From: a virus
IMG/VR virus record: IMGVR_UViG_3300046792_000297
Location: 1 to 64,000 of that record
Reading direction: 5' to 3' (one strand)
DNA: 64,000 nucleotides
The translations under genes were made by a program, and so were the position numbers. The notes under the pieces were generated by a model that saw nothing but the letters and a program-made list of their open reading frames with translations, was not told the origin of the DNA and did no database searches. Below, one piece after another: positions 1-9,306 of the stretch; within the stretch, counting starts at the first letter, position 1, and each line of letters starts with the position of its first letter.

Positions 1-106
1 CGAACAGCTTCAGGTAATCCGTGTGCGTGGTGACGTTGGTCTGGCCGATGACCGTTTCGATCAGTTGGCCGTGCTCCAGGGTGGTCAGTACAATGTCTGC
101 TTTCAT
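1..106 (-). CDS. hypothetical protein (3'-truncated by window)
   Basis: ATG at 106 directly downstream of promoter copy 1; frame open to window edge. Confidence 0.6.
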   Translation of the reverse strand, partial: MKADIVLTTLEHGQLIETVIGQTNVTTHTDYLKLF

Positions 107-120
107 TTCTCACTCCAGAT

Positions 121-151
121 ATAGAATAGCGCATAAATCAGATTGATGCAA
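121..151 (-). promoter_or_regulatory. repeated early promoter, copy 1
   Basis: minus strand TTGCAT-CAATCTGATTTATGCGC-TATTCT. Confidence 0.85.
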
Positions 152-223
152 GGGAAAACAGAGCACGATCGCTATAATTATTATGCCCTAAACGGTTGAA
201 ACGGGGGAGGTTGCGGGTGAGGG

Positions 224-538
224 TTACTGGCCGCCTCGCTTCCGGGCGTAGAAGACCAGCGCGTCGGCCTTGAGCACGTCGACCACGACCGGCGGGAAGT
301 TGGCCGCGTGCAGCGTGTCCAGGTTCTTCTGGGTGGCTGCCGCCTGGAGGGTGGTGCCGGGGTACTGGCGGTAGTCGCCATACATCTCGAACATCACCAT
401 GCCCTGCTTGGCGAATTGGATGTGGGCGCAGGAGCCCAGGCCGCGCTGCATCTTGCGGGTCGAGAGCACCAGTTGCGCCACGCCGTGTTCGTTGTCCAAC
501 TCGGGCATGGCGATGACCTGCTTAGGTTCCTTGGCCAT
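224..538 (-). CDS. hypothetical protein
   Basis: ORF downstream of promoter copy 2, GGAGG upstream. Confidence 0.75.
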   Translation of the reverse strand: MAKEPKQVIAMPELDNEHGVAQLVLSTRKMQRGLGSCAHIQFAKQGMVMFEMYGDYRQYPGTTLQAAATQKNLDTLHAANFPPVVVDVLKADALVFYARKRGGQ

Positions 539-558
539 TTCTTGTCGTTCCTCCATTC

Positions 559-588
559 TTAGTGTAGCACAATTCGGATTGATGTAAA
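559..588 (-). promoter_or_regulatory. repeated early promoter, copy 2
   Basis: TTTACA-TCAATCCGAATTGTGC-TACACT. Confidence 0.85.
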
Positions 589-617
589 CAGCGGGCGGGC
601 GAGTTCCGGCCCGATTG

Positions 618-1391
618 TTAGCGGGTGGAAACCAACAGTTGCTCGACGGCGGCGGGCAGCTTGGCCGTCTGCCCCGACCAGCTTCCCCGGCCCCAGTGGA
701 ATCCGGCGTCGCGGAGCGCGTTCAGTACCGACCGTTCCGGCTTTTCGGCGAACGTCACCGAGCAGTACGCGCCGTCGCTCGACTTCTCGATGGTCACGCC
801 GTTCGGCGCGGCTTCGGCCTGGGCGGTGCGCTGCTGCACTCGCGCCACGGTGACCAGGCGTTCCTTGTCGGAGCGGATGCGAGCGCCCAGGTTGGTCAAC
901 TCGTAAGCCAGGTGCGGGGCGCTGCCCCAGTAGCCGCCCGCCGCCGCGAGTTTGGCCTTCAGCGTGTCGAGGTCGAGGCCGAGAGCCTTCAGACCGTCCG
1001 CGTCGCCCTTCTTGTACAGCTTGTTGACCAGCTTCATCTGCTCGCGCTTGGCTTCGTTGGCCGCGATCCGCTGCTTCAGCGCCTCGGTCGCGTCGTCGTC
1101 GTCGGTGAAGATCGCCTTGTCCAGCAAGTGCTCCAGGTTGCTGGCCTTGGACTCGTGCATGTCGGCTTTCTTGCTCAGCCCGACCGACTTGCCGAGCGCG
1201 TTCCAGCTTCGATCCAGCGTGCGGCGATGCCGCTTCTCCGAATGATGCCCCACCAGGATGGGCTGGCCCATCGGAATTCCGGCCACCAGGTTGTGAGAGT
1301 GGTTGTAGGCTTGCGTGGACTGCGCCGTGGCCTTGTCGGCCCAGTCGCGGCGCTTCTCGATCTTGCGTTCCAGTCGTTCCCTGCGGGTCAT
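618..1391 (-). CDS. DUF3560 domain protein
   Basis: IPMGQPILVGHHSEKRHRR signature. Confidence 0.85.
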   Translation of the reverse strand: MTRRERLERKIEKRRDWADKATAQSTQAYNHSHNLVAGIPMGQPILVGHHSEKRHRRTLDRSWNALGKSVGLSKKADMHESKASNLEHLLDKAIFTDDDDATEALKQRIAANEAKREQMKLVNKLYKKGDADGLKALGLDLDTLKAKLAAAGGYWGSAPHLAYELTNLGARIRSDKERLVTVARVQQRTAQAEAAPNGVTIEKSSDGAYCSVTFAEKPERSVLNALRDAGFHWGRGSWSGQTAKLPAAVEQLLVSTR

Positions 1392-1594
1392 TGCTTGCTC
1401 CTCTTCGGTCGTGCGGCCATCCGGGCCTGGTAGTCTTCGAGCGGCACGTAATGATTATTCAAGACGCGGTTCACGGTGCCGGTCGTGACCTTGAACAGGT
1501 GAGCCAGGTGGCTGGCTCTTACGTTGCGCGTCTTGTCGGCGTACATCCGCCGCAGGTCGGCGCAGTCTTCGCGGGTTAACTTCGGTTTGGCCAT
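1388..1594 (-). CDS. small HTH-like protein
   Basis: ASHLAHLFKVTTGTVNRVL helix-turn-helix pattern; overlaps neighbours. Confidence 0.65.
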   Translation of the reverse strand: MAKPKLTREDCADLRRMYADKTRNVRASHLAHLFKVTTGTVNRVLNNHYVPLEDYQARMAARPKRSKQ

Positions 1595-2088
1595 TACTCC
1601 CAGTCCCGCCTCTTCTCGGCGATCTTCATCCCACGGATGTACGCCAAGACTTGCACTTCCAGGGCCAGCTTGCCCACGCTGTTGGTGCTCTGCCAGGCTT
1701 CGCGGATGGGGCGCAGGGCGTCGAGCATGGCGTTGCGGCTCTTGTCGGCGGCCTGGCGCTTGCGGGCCGCGCGTTCGATCTCCAGGGCTCGCTCGTCGGC
1801 CTTCCAGCGGGTGCGCTCGACCTCGTTGGGCCAGAGCCCTTGGTACTTGGCGCTGTTCATTACCACCGAAGTGAGATTCTCGTTGGCGTCCACCTTGTAC
1901 ATACCGCCCAGAAAGATGTTCCCTTTCCGGCACGCCTTCTCGCTGAAGGGGTGGCGCTCTCCGCTGATCTTGCCCGCTTCGTCGACGGCCTGGAGGATCA
2001 TGCCCAGCTTGCCGTCGTCCAACTCTGTCACGCCCGAGCATACGATCAGTTGCACCGTCATGGCCGGTTTGGCTTGTTCGTCTGTCAT
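1594..2088 (-). CDS. hypothetical protein
   Basis: coupled ORF starting MTDEQAK. Confidence 0.7.
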   Translation of the reverse strand: MTDEQAKPAMTVQLIVCSGVTELDDGKLGMILQAVDEAGKISGERHPFSEKACRKGNIFLGGMYKVDANENLTSVVMNSAKYQGLWPNEVERTRWKADERALEIERAARKRQAADKSRNAMLDALRPIREAWQSTNSVGKLALEVQVLAYIRGMKIAEKRRDWE

Positions 2089-2420
2089 GCCGCTCGATCC
2101 TCCTCGATCATCAGGTCGCCCACGAAGGGATGCTCGCCTTCGACTACCGCGTCGCGTTGCGTGCGTCCGCTGAAGTAAAACTTCCAGGTGCCGATGCTGG
2201 CTCCCAGCTTGGCGGGCTTTCCGAAAGTCAGCAATGCTTCCGGCCCGGCATTCACGATGCGCAGCACCGTCTTGCCGTACTTGCGCAAGGCTTCGAGCAC
2301 CGTGCGCCGGGAGGGCCGCATGGCGTAGCAGATCAGCAGCGTTTGCTGGCCATTGGTGCCGATCAATTCGTAGCGCGTCGGGCCGCGTTGCAGCCACTTC
2401 AGTTTCTGTTCCTTGGTCAC
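2085..2420 (-). CDS. hypothetical protein
   Basis: coupled ORF. Confidence 0.7.
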   Translation of the reverse strand: MTKEQKLKWLQRGPTRYELIGTNGQQTLLICYAMRPSRRTVLEALRKYGKTVLRIVNAGPEALLTFGKPAKLGASIGTWKFYFSGRTQRDAVVEGEHPFVGDLMIEEDRAA

Positions 2421-2860
2421 TGTCCCGCCTTTCTCGCCCGGCGCGTGGCCCAGGCTTTCTGTGCTGCATTCATCGGTTTCGCCGAAGGCGCATCCTTGCA
2501 GATGGCGTCGATGCGTTCGGTCGAGAGGCCGGTCAGGGCCGACATGAGTTTGCGGGCTCCCGCTGCCGGGTCTGGGCCGAACTTGGCCGCGTGCGAAGCG
2601 TCGGCCCGGTTGGCGTAGAGGTTGGAGGCATTGACGCTTTGGTGAATGGTGCCCGCCGCGTAGAAGCTGCCCGGTTCGCCGATGGGCTCGACGACCTCAA
2701 CCATCACCAGGCCGCCCTGGCCGCGTGCAAGCACCTTGACGTTGGCCCCGGTCTTGTCATAGAAGCTCGACAAGAAGTAGACCCCGCCGATCTTCAGCGC
2801 AGCGGCCCGGTCAACGCTTCGCTTCTGCATGGCCCGAAAGTCGATCTTGTACCTTGGCAT
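2417..2860 (-). CDS. hypothetical protein with C-terminal KAWATRR motif
   Basis: first gene after promoter copy 3; ends NAAQKAWATRRARKAGQ. Confidence 0.8.
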   Translation of the reverse strand: MPRYKIDFRAMQKRSVDRAAALKIGGVYFLSSFYDKTGANVKVLARGQGGLVMVEVVEPIGEPGSFYAAGTIHQSVNASNLYANRADASHAAKFGPDPAAGARKLMSALTGLSTERIDAICKDAPSAKPMNAAQKAWATRRARKAGQ

Positions 2861-2880
2861 TCGTTCTCCTCAACTCAAGT

Positions 2881-2911
2881 ATAGTGTAGCACGTTAATCT
2901 AATTGATGCAA
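2881..2911 (-). promoter_or_regulatory. repeated early promoter, copy 3
   Basis: TTGCAT-CAATTAGATTAACGTGC-TACACT. Confidence 0.85.
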
Positions 2912-2912
2912 G

Positions 2913-3200
2913 TCAATGCGAGACGCCGAGCGCCGACCAGTTGTCGCGCACTGCCGGGTCCGGGGCGGGAAAGACGATGTGCGGCGGCTCGTGGCGCGAA
3001 GCGATCACGATGGCCTGGATGGCGGCTTGTTTGGTGGCGAAAGCGCCGTGCATGTAGCGGGGATTCTGGGACCGGTAGCCGCCCATCCTCGAAGCGGCCC
3101 ACTGGCCGTCGACCGGCCAGATGATGCCGCGCTTGATGCCCTTCACTTCGACGAAGTTGGCATCCCAGTTCGGTACTTTCGAGAGCGATACGTTCTTCAT
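2913..3200 (-). CDS. hypothetical protein
   Basis: ORF with GAGG upstream. Confidence 0.7.
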   Translation of the reverse strand: MKNVSLSKVPNWDANFVEVKGIKRGIIWPVDGQWAASRMGGYRSQNPRYMHGAFATKQAAIQAIVIASRHEPPHIVFPAPDPAVRDNWSALGVSH

Positions 3201-3207
3201 GGTTTCC

Positions 3208-3570
3208 TCACTTGCCGAATTCGCGGGCCAGCACGGCGTAGGCCGCGCTGACCACCTTGAAGGCTTCGGTGGCGGCGTGGACGCTCATGCCGTTCAGGGC
3301 GGCGCGGTCGGGATGCACCTTCATGGCCAGCTTGCGGTAGGCGCTCACGATCTCCTGCCAGGTGGCCTTCAGGCCCACGCCCAGGATGGTGCGCGGCGAG
3401 TCCGCTTTGTCGTACAGCACGCGCTCGGCTTCCTCGACGCCCATGCGCTGGTAGAACGCGCCGGTCCAGTCATGCGGGTTGCCGTAGCCGTCGGCGTCGG
3501 GATTGTACCGCTTCCTCGCGGCGTCGATCTCGGCGAAGGTCTTGCGAGGCTTGGGGTTTCCACGGGGCAT
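3208..3570 (-). CDS. J-domain (DnaJ-like) protein
   Basis: ILGV...EIVSAYRKLAMKVHPD...FKVVSAAYAVL, HPD motif intact. Confidence 0.9.
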   Translation of the reverse strand: MPRGNPKPRKTFAEIDAARKRYNPDADGYGNPHDWTGAFYQRMGVEEAERVLYDKADSPRTILGVGLKATWQEIVSAYRKLAMKVHPDRAALNGMSVHAATEAFKVVSAAYAVLAREFGK

Positions 3571-3579
3571 CGGCGGCTC

Positions 3580-3819
3580 CTACTTCAACAGGGCTTCGTG
3601 GGGCTGGTTGTGGCCGGGAAGGCCCAAGGCGCGAAGGTGCTTGCAATTGCGGTAGCGAATCCAACCTGGGCAAGAGCACGACCACCAGCGCCCGCTCTTG
3701 CTCTGGGCTACGGTGTAGAGGCGGTTGCTCGACTCCGAGCGAATATCGAAGCGGTTGGTGTAGGCCGCGTTGTCGGCCAACAGTGCCGAGTTCGGGGGTC
3801 GTCTGATAATGATTGCCAT
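3580..3819 (-). CDS. SWIM zinc-finger protein
   Basis: CSCPGW...CKH. Confidence 0.8.
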   Translation of the reverse strand: MAIIIRRPPNSALLADNAAYTNRFDIRSESSNRLYTVAQSKSGRWWSCSCPGWIRYRNCKHLRALGLPGHNQPHEALLK

Positions 3820-3827
3820 GTTCGTCC

Positions 3828-4001
3828 TCATGCTGCCAGTGCGGTGATGCGTGCGTCGTACTCGGCTTCCGCTGCGGCCATTTCCGGGTCGTAGCGGAGC
3901 ACTTCGTCCAGGTAGGCTTCCCAGGTGGCGTCGCAAATCTCGGCCCACTCGGCGTCGGCCTCATCCGGTTCGGGGCCAAGCATATCCAGTTCCTGATCCA
4001 T
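3828..4001 (-). CDS. small acidic hypothetical protein
   Basis: ORF MDQELDML..., D/E-rich. Confidence 0.6.
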   Translation of the reverse strand: MDQELDMLGPEPDEADAEWAEICDATWEAYLDEVLRYDPEMAAAEAEYDARITALAA

Positions 4002-4137
4002 GTCGTTCCCCCTCACGCCGCGCAAACGGCTTCGATCCTTCTCATGCGTTCCGCGCTCGCTGCGTTAAGCCAGGCGATCAGGGCAGCCAACTCTTCTTCG
4101 ATAGTGATTGCCATTCCAGTTCCCTTCCACCAACATG

Positions 4138-4169
4138 TATAGAATAGCAATAAATCTGATTGATGTAAA
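4138..4169 (-). promoter_or_regulatory. repeated early promoter, copy 4
   Basis: TTTACA-TCAATCAGATTTATTGC-TATTCT. Confidence 0.85.
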
Positions 4170-4299
4170 CAGAAATCGTAGGGAATCGTAAGGAATTCTG
4201 CGCCTGTAAACGATGGAAGGGATAGGCTTTAGCGGCGGCCAGAGCGAACGCGGGCCAGCAGGAGGAGCAGCACGACAAAGAACAGGTTCACCATAATGA

Positions 4300-4722
4300 T
4301 TACTCTGCCTCCAACTCGGCCAGGCCGAAGTCGACGAACTGGGTGTGATAGCCGGGAAAACCCACGCTCACCACGCGCTCGGAAACGATCTCCGTCACCA
4401 CGCCCTTGCGATAGCCCAGCCCGGTTTCGGGATTGAACGCGTAGGGCTCGACGGTGCGAACCTTCGCGCCCAACTTGAGCGGCTTCAGGGCCGCGTGCCG
4501 GATGTAGCTTTTGCCTGCCAGCGGTCGTTTGTCGCCGGGGTAGAACAGCTTGGCGACCTTGGCGAATGCCTCGTCGTGGCTGGCGGCCTCGATGGCGAAG
4601 CTCTCCGTGTTCCAGCCGCCGCGCCGGTCCTGGGCTTCGGTGTGCGACGTGGCGCGGCCCGTCACCAGTCCCTTGTTCTTGGCGCTGCGCCCGTTGGCAA
4701 TCACGCGAATGCGGTACTCCAT
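4300..4722 (-). CDS. hypothetical protein
   Basis: coupled ORF. Confidence 0.7.
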   Translation of the reverse strand: MEYRIRVIANGRSAKNKGLVTGRATSHTEAQDRRGGWNTESFAIEAASHDEAFAKVAKLFYPGDKRPLAGKSYIRHAALKPLKLGAKVRTVEPYAFNPETGLGYRKGVVTEIVSERVVSVGFPGYHTQFVDFGLAELEAE

Positions 4723-4985
4723 CAGCGGCCTCCCTCGGCGTCGGCGATGTGATCGACGATTGCGTCGATCTCACGCTGGACTTCCTTGATCTTGACGATG
4801 CGGGCCTCGTGCTCGGCCTGCGCCGTGTGCAGGCCCATCGGACCTTGCGTGTAGTAGTCCCTGCCGTTCGGCCCTTCGCTGTACATCAGCTTGAGCGCGT
4901 CGCCCAGCGCGTGGCTCATCTTCAGCCAGCCCTCCAGCAAATCGTTCTTGCTGGTGCCGTTCAGGTGGATGGTGGGCAAGATCAT
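4722..4985 (-). CDS. hypothetical phage protein
   Basis: MILPTIHLNGTS...PNGRDYY; coupled. Confidence 0.7.
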   Translation of the reverse strand: MILPTIHLNGTSKNDLLEGWLKMSHALGDALKLMYSEGPNGRDYYTQGPMGLHTAQAEHEARIVKIKEVQREIDAIVDHIADAEGGR

Positions 4986-5401
4986 GCGGCCTCCTCGAAG
5001 TCCAGTTTCGGTTCCTGGCCGTGGATCACGGCGCGGATGGGTTGCGACGTCACCGGGACGCTGCCCAGGATCAGGTCCGCCGGGACCGGGCGTTCGCTCT
5101 TCAGCCAGCGGCCCTTGGCCATTGCCTGGGCCAACGGGTCGGCGTTGTCTACTTCCCATTCGTGCTCGCCGGGGGCGAACGCTACGATGGCGATCTTCCC
5201 GCTACCCATCGCCTTGTGAAACTGCCAGTCCATCTTTCCGGCCCAGCGCACCGCGTCGGTGAGGTTATCGAAGGCGTAAACCTCGCCCTGGCCGTAGCGT
5301 TCGCCGCTGGCTTTGGCCCAGTTGCTGGTCTGGAAGCGCAGCAGCCCCTTGGCTTGGATGGCCGCGACCTTGTTGGTGTGCGTGACGTGATAGAGCGTCA
5401 T
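4982..5401 (-). CDS. hypothetical protein, possible ADP-ribosyltransferase/KptA-like fold
   Basis: LYHVT...IQAKGL...VYAF pattern; weak. Confidence 0.45.
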   Translation of the reverse strand: MTLYHVTHTNKVAAIQAKGLLRFQTSNWAKASGERYGQGEVYAFDNLTDAVRWAGKMDWQFHKAMGSGKIAIVAFAPGEHEWEVDNADPLAQAMAKGRWLKSERPVPADLILGSVPVTSQPIRAVIHGQEPKLDFEEAA

Positions 5402-5769
5402 CTAGTTCCCTCCGCAAGTAGTTTGGGCATGTTCGCCGGGTTGACGTGCAGAGTGATGCCGACATCCTTGCCGCAGAAGTACGACCGCTCCACGCATACG
5501 ATGCCATCGGGCAGGGTCACGCGATCCGCGCCGCCCAGCGGGCGGTCGAAAGCCGACTGCGCGGGCACCGGCACCACCTTGCTGGTGGTCAGGCAAAAGA
5601 ATACAAAATAGTCGCGGCTGCCGCCATCCCAGTAGCTGGCCACGTTCAGCGGGCGGTCTTGGGTTTCGATGCTCACGCCCTTGCGGATTTTCACATCCGG
5701 GTAGCAGGCCGCGATGATGGCTTTGAGGCTGGCATCCGGCTTGAGTACGGTTCGAGTGGCAAGTGACAT
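5398..5769 (-). CDS. hypothetical phage protein
   Basis: SYWDGGSR...FCGKDVG; follows promoter copy 5. Confidence 0.75.
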   Translation of the reverse strand: MSLATRTVLKPDASLKAIIAACYPDVKIRKGVSIETQDRPLNVASYWDGGSRDYFVFFCLTTSKVVPVPAQSAFDRPLGGADRVTLPDGIVCVERSYFCGKDVGITLHVNPANMPKLLAEGTR

Positions 5770-5786
5770 TCGATCCTCCAACAAGA

Positions 5787-5816
5787 ATAGTATATCACGA
5801 ATCAAATTGATGTAAA
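5787..5816 (-). promoter_or_regulatory. repeated early promoter, copy 5
   Basis: TTTACA-TCAATTTGATTCGTGA-TATACT. Confidence 0.85.
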
Positions 5817-5826
5817 CATAAAAGAG

Positions 5827-5864
5827 AGCGATAATTATGGGATAAATACACCATAATTATCGCT
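5827..5864. repeat. perfect 14-bp inverted repeat (possible terminator or operator)
   Basis: AGCGATAATTATGG-10 nt-CCATAATTATCGCT, flanked by A and T runs. Confidence 0.7.
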
Positions 5865-5866
5865 TT

Positions 5867-6175
5867 TTACCAGATCGGCGAAGGGCGGGCGCGGCGTTCG
5901 GTGAAGTAGTGGCGGTACATGTCCGGGTCCTGGGCCTTCATCACCCGGCGGGCCATCGCCCGATACCAGAGGGCCTGGGCCTTGACCCAGTCGCGGTCCA
6001 CTTCCGGCGGCAGGATGCCGATCTGCTCCAGGCACCAGCCGCGCATCTCGCTGCGGACCACGCGATCCTCCCAGAGCACGGAGTAGACGTCGCCGTCCTC
6101 GACTGGAGTGCGGGCGCGGAAGCGCCGTTCCACTTCCGCGCGGTAGAGTGTCGTGTGTTGGTCGGTCCAGGTCAT
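5867..6175 (-). CDS. hypothetical protein
   Basis: coupled ORF. Confidence 0.7.
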   Translation of the reverse strand: MTWTDQHTTLYRAEVERRFRARTPVEDGDVYSVLWEDRVVRSEMRGWCLEQIGILPPEVDRDWVKAQALWYRAMARRVMKAQDPDMYRHYFTERRARPSPIW

Positions 6176-6414
6176 CCGCGTTCCGCTATCGCGGCGTCGA
6201 TGGCCCAGTCGCCGCCCGTGGGCTCGCCCGACTGCGCCCGTTCCATCAGTTCCAGGTGACGGGCTTCAGCCTTGGGGGGCTGGTGGGCGAATTCGACCAA
6301 GTGGCGCTCGTGGTCGAGGATGGCCAGGACGGTCTCTTCGCCGACGATCTCCTGTAGGCGGGCGATGGTTTGGGCGAGGGTGTTGCGCAGGGCAAGGACT
6401 TCAGATGAGGGCAT
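6172..6414 (-). CDS. hypothetical protein
   Basis: AGGAG upstream; coupled. Confidence 0.7.
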   Translation of the reverse strand: MPSSEVLALRNTLAQTIARLQEIVGEETVLAILDHERHLVEFAHQPPKAEARHLELMERAQSGEPTGGDWAIDAAIAERG

Positions 6415-6802
6415 CGCTTCTCCTTTGCGTTTTGTTGCGCTGTGGTTGCAGCCCGAACATCACATGCCAAATCCGATGCAGGGCGTTGACGTATGGCTTG
6501 CCGACTCGTCCGATGTGGTGCTCACATTCGGATTTGAAGTTCGACCAACTCTGCTCCTTGGCCATTTCCTCCAGGCAGGCCGCCCAGACTTGCTTGGGCA
6601 CAAACATCCGAAACAGGTAGTCGGTTCCGCTCGACTCGACGATCTTGCCATCCAAGCCGAATCGCTCCTTCAGATTCTCAAGGTGTTGTTTGACTCTGGC
6701 GCGGACCATCAGGTTGTCGGGGTCGATGCACCAGTTGCCGTCCTCATCCTGCTTGTCGGCGCAGGCGACCGAATAGAATCCGTACACGGTAAAAATCCAC
6801 AT
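6401..6802 (-). CDS. conserved phage hypothetical protein
   Basis: MWIFTVYGFYSV...VRAR...DY.FR...NFK pattern. Confidence 0.75.
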   Translation of the reverse strand: MWIFTVYGFYSVACADKQDEDGNWCIDPDNLMVRARVKQHLENLKERFGLDGKIVESSGTDYLFRMFVPKQVWAACLEEMAKEQSWSNFKSECEHHIGRVGKPYVNALHRIWHVMFGLQPQRNKTQRRSDALI

Positions 6803-6819
6803 TTAGATGACCTCGCAGT

Positions 6820-7854
6820 TCATGGGTAAACTTCCAATTGTCGTTTCAGCACCGGCACGATGCGAGCGACCGCCTGGCGCAGCAGGTACACGCCGCGTTT
6901 ATCCTCGCCGCCGCCAGGCGGAATAGCTCCATCAAGCGGATAGGTGAAGGGCAGCTTAGGTTCGTTCTTGTAGCGCACAAAGGCGGCGCGGCCCGCAGGC
7001 CCGACCAGGTAAGAACTGAGCACCGTGACCGTGCCAGCCTTGAGGTCGATCAGGATACGGCGTTGCTGGTAGCGCAGCCAGGTGCAACCTTTGAGCAGGT
7101 CTGGATCGTTCTCCATGTGTTGACGGCCAAGCTGGGCCACGCATTCCTTCGAGTTTGGATAGTAGGAGTACAGTGTGACGGTAAACTGCTGCTCCTTGCG
7201 ATTGGCAAACCAAGTGGCCCAGCCTTCGGTGGCGACGTAGCTGGTGATAAACAGTTGGATGTCTGGTTCGGCATAGACCGGGATCGGCGCGAACCAGCGA
7301 CAAGGTACTTCGTCGCTGACCAGGTCCGGTCCACCGCCCAGGCCCGGCACCACCAGGCGCATGGCGTCGTCCATGCAGTCTAAGGCCGATTGCGCCTGGA
7401 CAGGTGCCAGCCAGAACAAGGAAAGCAGCAGCATCGCGGCAGCGGCCACCACCTTCTTGACGCGCGGCTGGCGCGGCTTGGTGAGGGCGATCTCCGCGCC
7501 GTACTCGCAGCCGATGCCATCCTTGGCCCACTGGGGCAGCTTGTCGTTCATGCGTTCCTTGCGCTGGCGGCGCAGCCAGGCGGGCGGCTTTTCGAGTTCG
7601 GTCATCACGCCCAAGTACCAGGCGTCGTTGCCGTGCTCGGTGAAGTAGCCGCGCACCTTGGCCCAGCCCAGCCCGTTCATGGTCACGTAGATGCGCTGGC
7701 CGATGGCGGGCAGCGCAAACGGAGCGCTCCACAGCATTTCGGTCCCGCTGGCGTCCAGGTAGACAGCCAACTGCTTGCCCAGCGTATTGGCGCTGGTGCG
7801 GCCCGTGGCTTGGGGCGTGAGAATGAAGAAACGCGGCGCGTGGCTCTGGCTCAT
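6820..7854 (-). CDS. two-part protein with internal signal/TM segment
   Basis: internal KKVVAAAAMLLLSLFWLAPVQAQS. Confidence 0.65.
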   Translation of the reverse strand: MSQSHAPRFFILTPQATGRTSANTLGKQLAVYLDASGTEMLWSAPFALPAIGQRIYVTMNGLGWAKVRGYFTEHGNDAWYLGVMTELEKPPAWLRRQRKERMNDKLPQWAKDGIGCEYGAEIALTKPRQPRVKKVVAAAAMLLLSLFWLAPVQAQSALDCMDDAMRLVVPGLGGGPDLVSDEVPCRWFAPIPVYAEPDIQLFITSYVATEGWATWFANRKEQQFTVTLYSYYPNSKECVAQLGRQHMENDPDLLKGCTWLRYQQRRILIDLKAGTVTVLSSYLVGPAGRAAFVRYKNEPKLPFTYPLDGAIPPGGGEDKRGVYLLRQAVARIVPVLKRQLEVYP

Positions 7855-7859
7855 AATGA

Positions 7860-8486
7860 TTAGTTTCCTTTCTTGCGTTCGTAAATTTCCAGCCGGTCGT
7901 GAATGCCGGAGAACTGATAGAGCGGGACGGTCTGCACCCGCTCGAAGTGCTCGAAGAGGTACTCGTGGAAGGCGTCCGTGCCGGTACAGCCTCCGTCGCC
8001 CTCGCCGACGTAAAGCACGCGGTCGCTTCGGTAGGCTTTCAGCACGTCCTCGATCCATTCGCCTTCGTAATCCGGCCACACGGTGAGCAGGGTGCGGTCG
8101 GGGTACTTCTCGACCGCCGCGACTCCGTCTAGCCGTTCGACTTCCCAGAACTTGGTGAACTGGTACTTGTTCGCCGGGCTCGGGTCGAGATCGGTCGCGA
8201 CTACGTCGGCCCCGGCCTGGCGCAATTCGGAAGCCCAGTAGCCGGTGCCCGCGCCGACTTCGAGCAGCGGCGAGTAGGTGGCAAGCAACTCGACCGTATC
8301 GCGGTCGAGAATGCTGAAGCCGTAGAGTGCGATGAATTCGTGGCGTACCTCGTAGGAGCGGCTATAGTCGCCGGGCCTGTATTCGCCGGGCTGCATGTCA
8401 AAGTAACCGTTCGCCTTGGTCCGCACGACCGCTGGCAGTTGGTCGCGAAGGAATCGCACGGCTTCGGTTTCAGCGATCTCGATCAT
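7860..8486 (-). CDS. class I SAM-dependent methyltransferase-like protein
   Basis: LLEVGAGTGYW motif I; VVATD; YVGEGDGGCTG. Confidence 0.8.
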   Translation of the reverse strand: MIEIAETEAVRFLRDQLPAVVRTKANGYFDMQPGEYRPGDYSRSYEVRHEFIALYGFSILDRDTVELLATYSPLLEVGAGTGYWASELRQAGADVVATDLDPSPANKYQFTKFWEVERLDGVAAVEKYPDRTLLTVWPDYEGEWIEDVLKAYRSDRVLYVGEGDGGCTGTDAFHEYLFEHFERVQTVPLYQFSGIHDRLEIYERKKGN

Positions 8487-8495
8487 TGGCTTCCC

Positions 8496-8924
8496 TCAGT
8501 TCAGTTCGTCGAACTCCGAAGCGGCGGCGGCGTCGGTGATGTCGAACTCGCCCACGATGGCCTCGGCCTTGTCGGCGTGCTCGCCCTGGCACTTGATGAC
8601 GTAGTGCAGCGTGAGGGTGATCATGTTCTTGGCGTAGCGGCTGCCGCCGCCTTCGTCCATGCTCGCGCTGTCCTCCTCGATCTCGTAAGTCTGATCCTGG
8701 CCTTCGTGGAACTTGGCCTGGTGCTCCTCGATCTCCGTCGAGCGGTCGTCTTCCAGGGAGAAGTTGAATTCCTTGATCTCGTCGCCGCAGCAGGCCGACG
8801 TGCGGACCGCGCGAACCTCGGCGGTGACCGATGTGCCGTCGTCGGAGACCGACAGGTCATTGACGTCCGGGTCGGCGTTTTCGAGCGAGCAGAACTTGTG
8901 GCAGCTTGGGCAGAGGTTAGGCAT
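8496..8924 (-). CDS. acidic Cys-containing hypothetical protein
   Basis: CPSCHKFC...CC; coupled. Confidence 0.7.
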   Translation of the reverse strand: MPNLCPSCHKFCSLENADPDVNDLSVSDDGTSVTAEVRAVRTSACCGDEIKEFNFSLEDDRSTEIEEHQAKFHEGQDQTYEIEEDSASMDEGGGSRYAKNMITLTLHYVIKCQGEHADKAEAIVGEFDITDAAAASEFDELN

Positions 8925-9265
8925 CAGAGTTTCCCCATTCCCCAGGCGTGCAACAGATGCGGGTTCCGGGCCTGCATGTCACGCATGGTGTTTTCGGCTT
9001 CCTCGCGCTCGTCTTTGGTGAGGCCGGGAAAGCTGGTGATACTGCCGTTGTCGTTGATGCGGACCCGACCGGCCTTGCGGCAATGGTCGCCGGGCAGCAT
9101 CTTGTAGAGCGAGCCGGTGATCGCGCCATCGGCATTCTCCTGGCCGCGCTCAAAGAAGTAGCGGTCGCCTTTGATCAGGAGCACGCTCGTCTCCTGCGGG
9201 CGGGCGAACATCTTGTAGACCACGGCCAGCGTATCGCGGGCATCGACCGTGCAACTGTATCCCAT
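8924..9265 (-). CDS. hypothetical protein
   Basis: GGAGG upstream; coupled. Confidence 0.75.
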   Translation of the reverse strand: MGYSCTVDARDTLAVVYKMFARPQETSVLLIKGDRYFFERGQENADGAITGSLYKMLPGDHCRKAGRVRINDNGSITSFPGLTKDEREEAENTMRDMQARNPHLLHAWGMGKL

Positions 9266-9306
9266 GCTTTCCTCCGTGCGGGCCGCCGCGAAGCGGCCCG
9301 GCTGGT

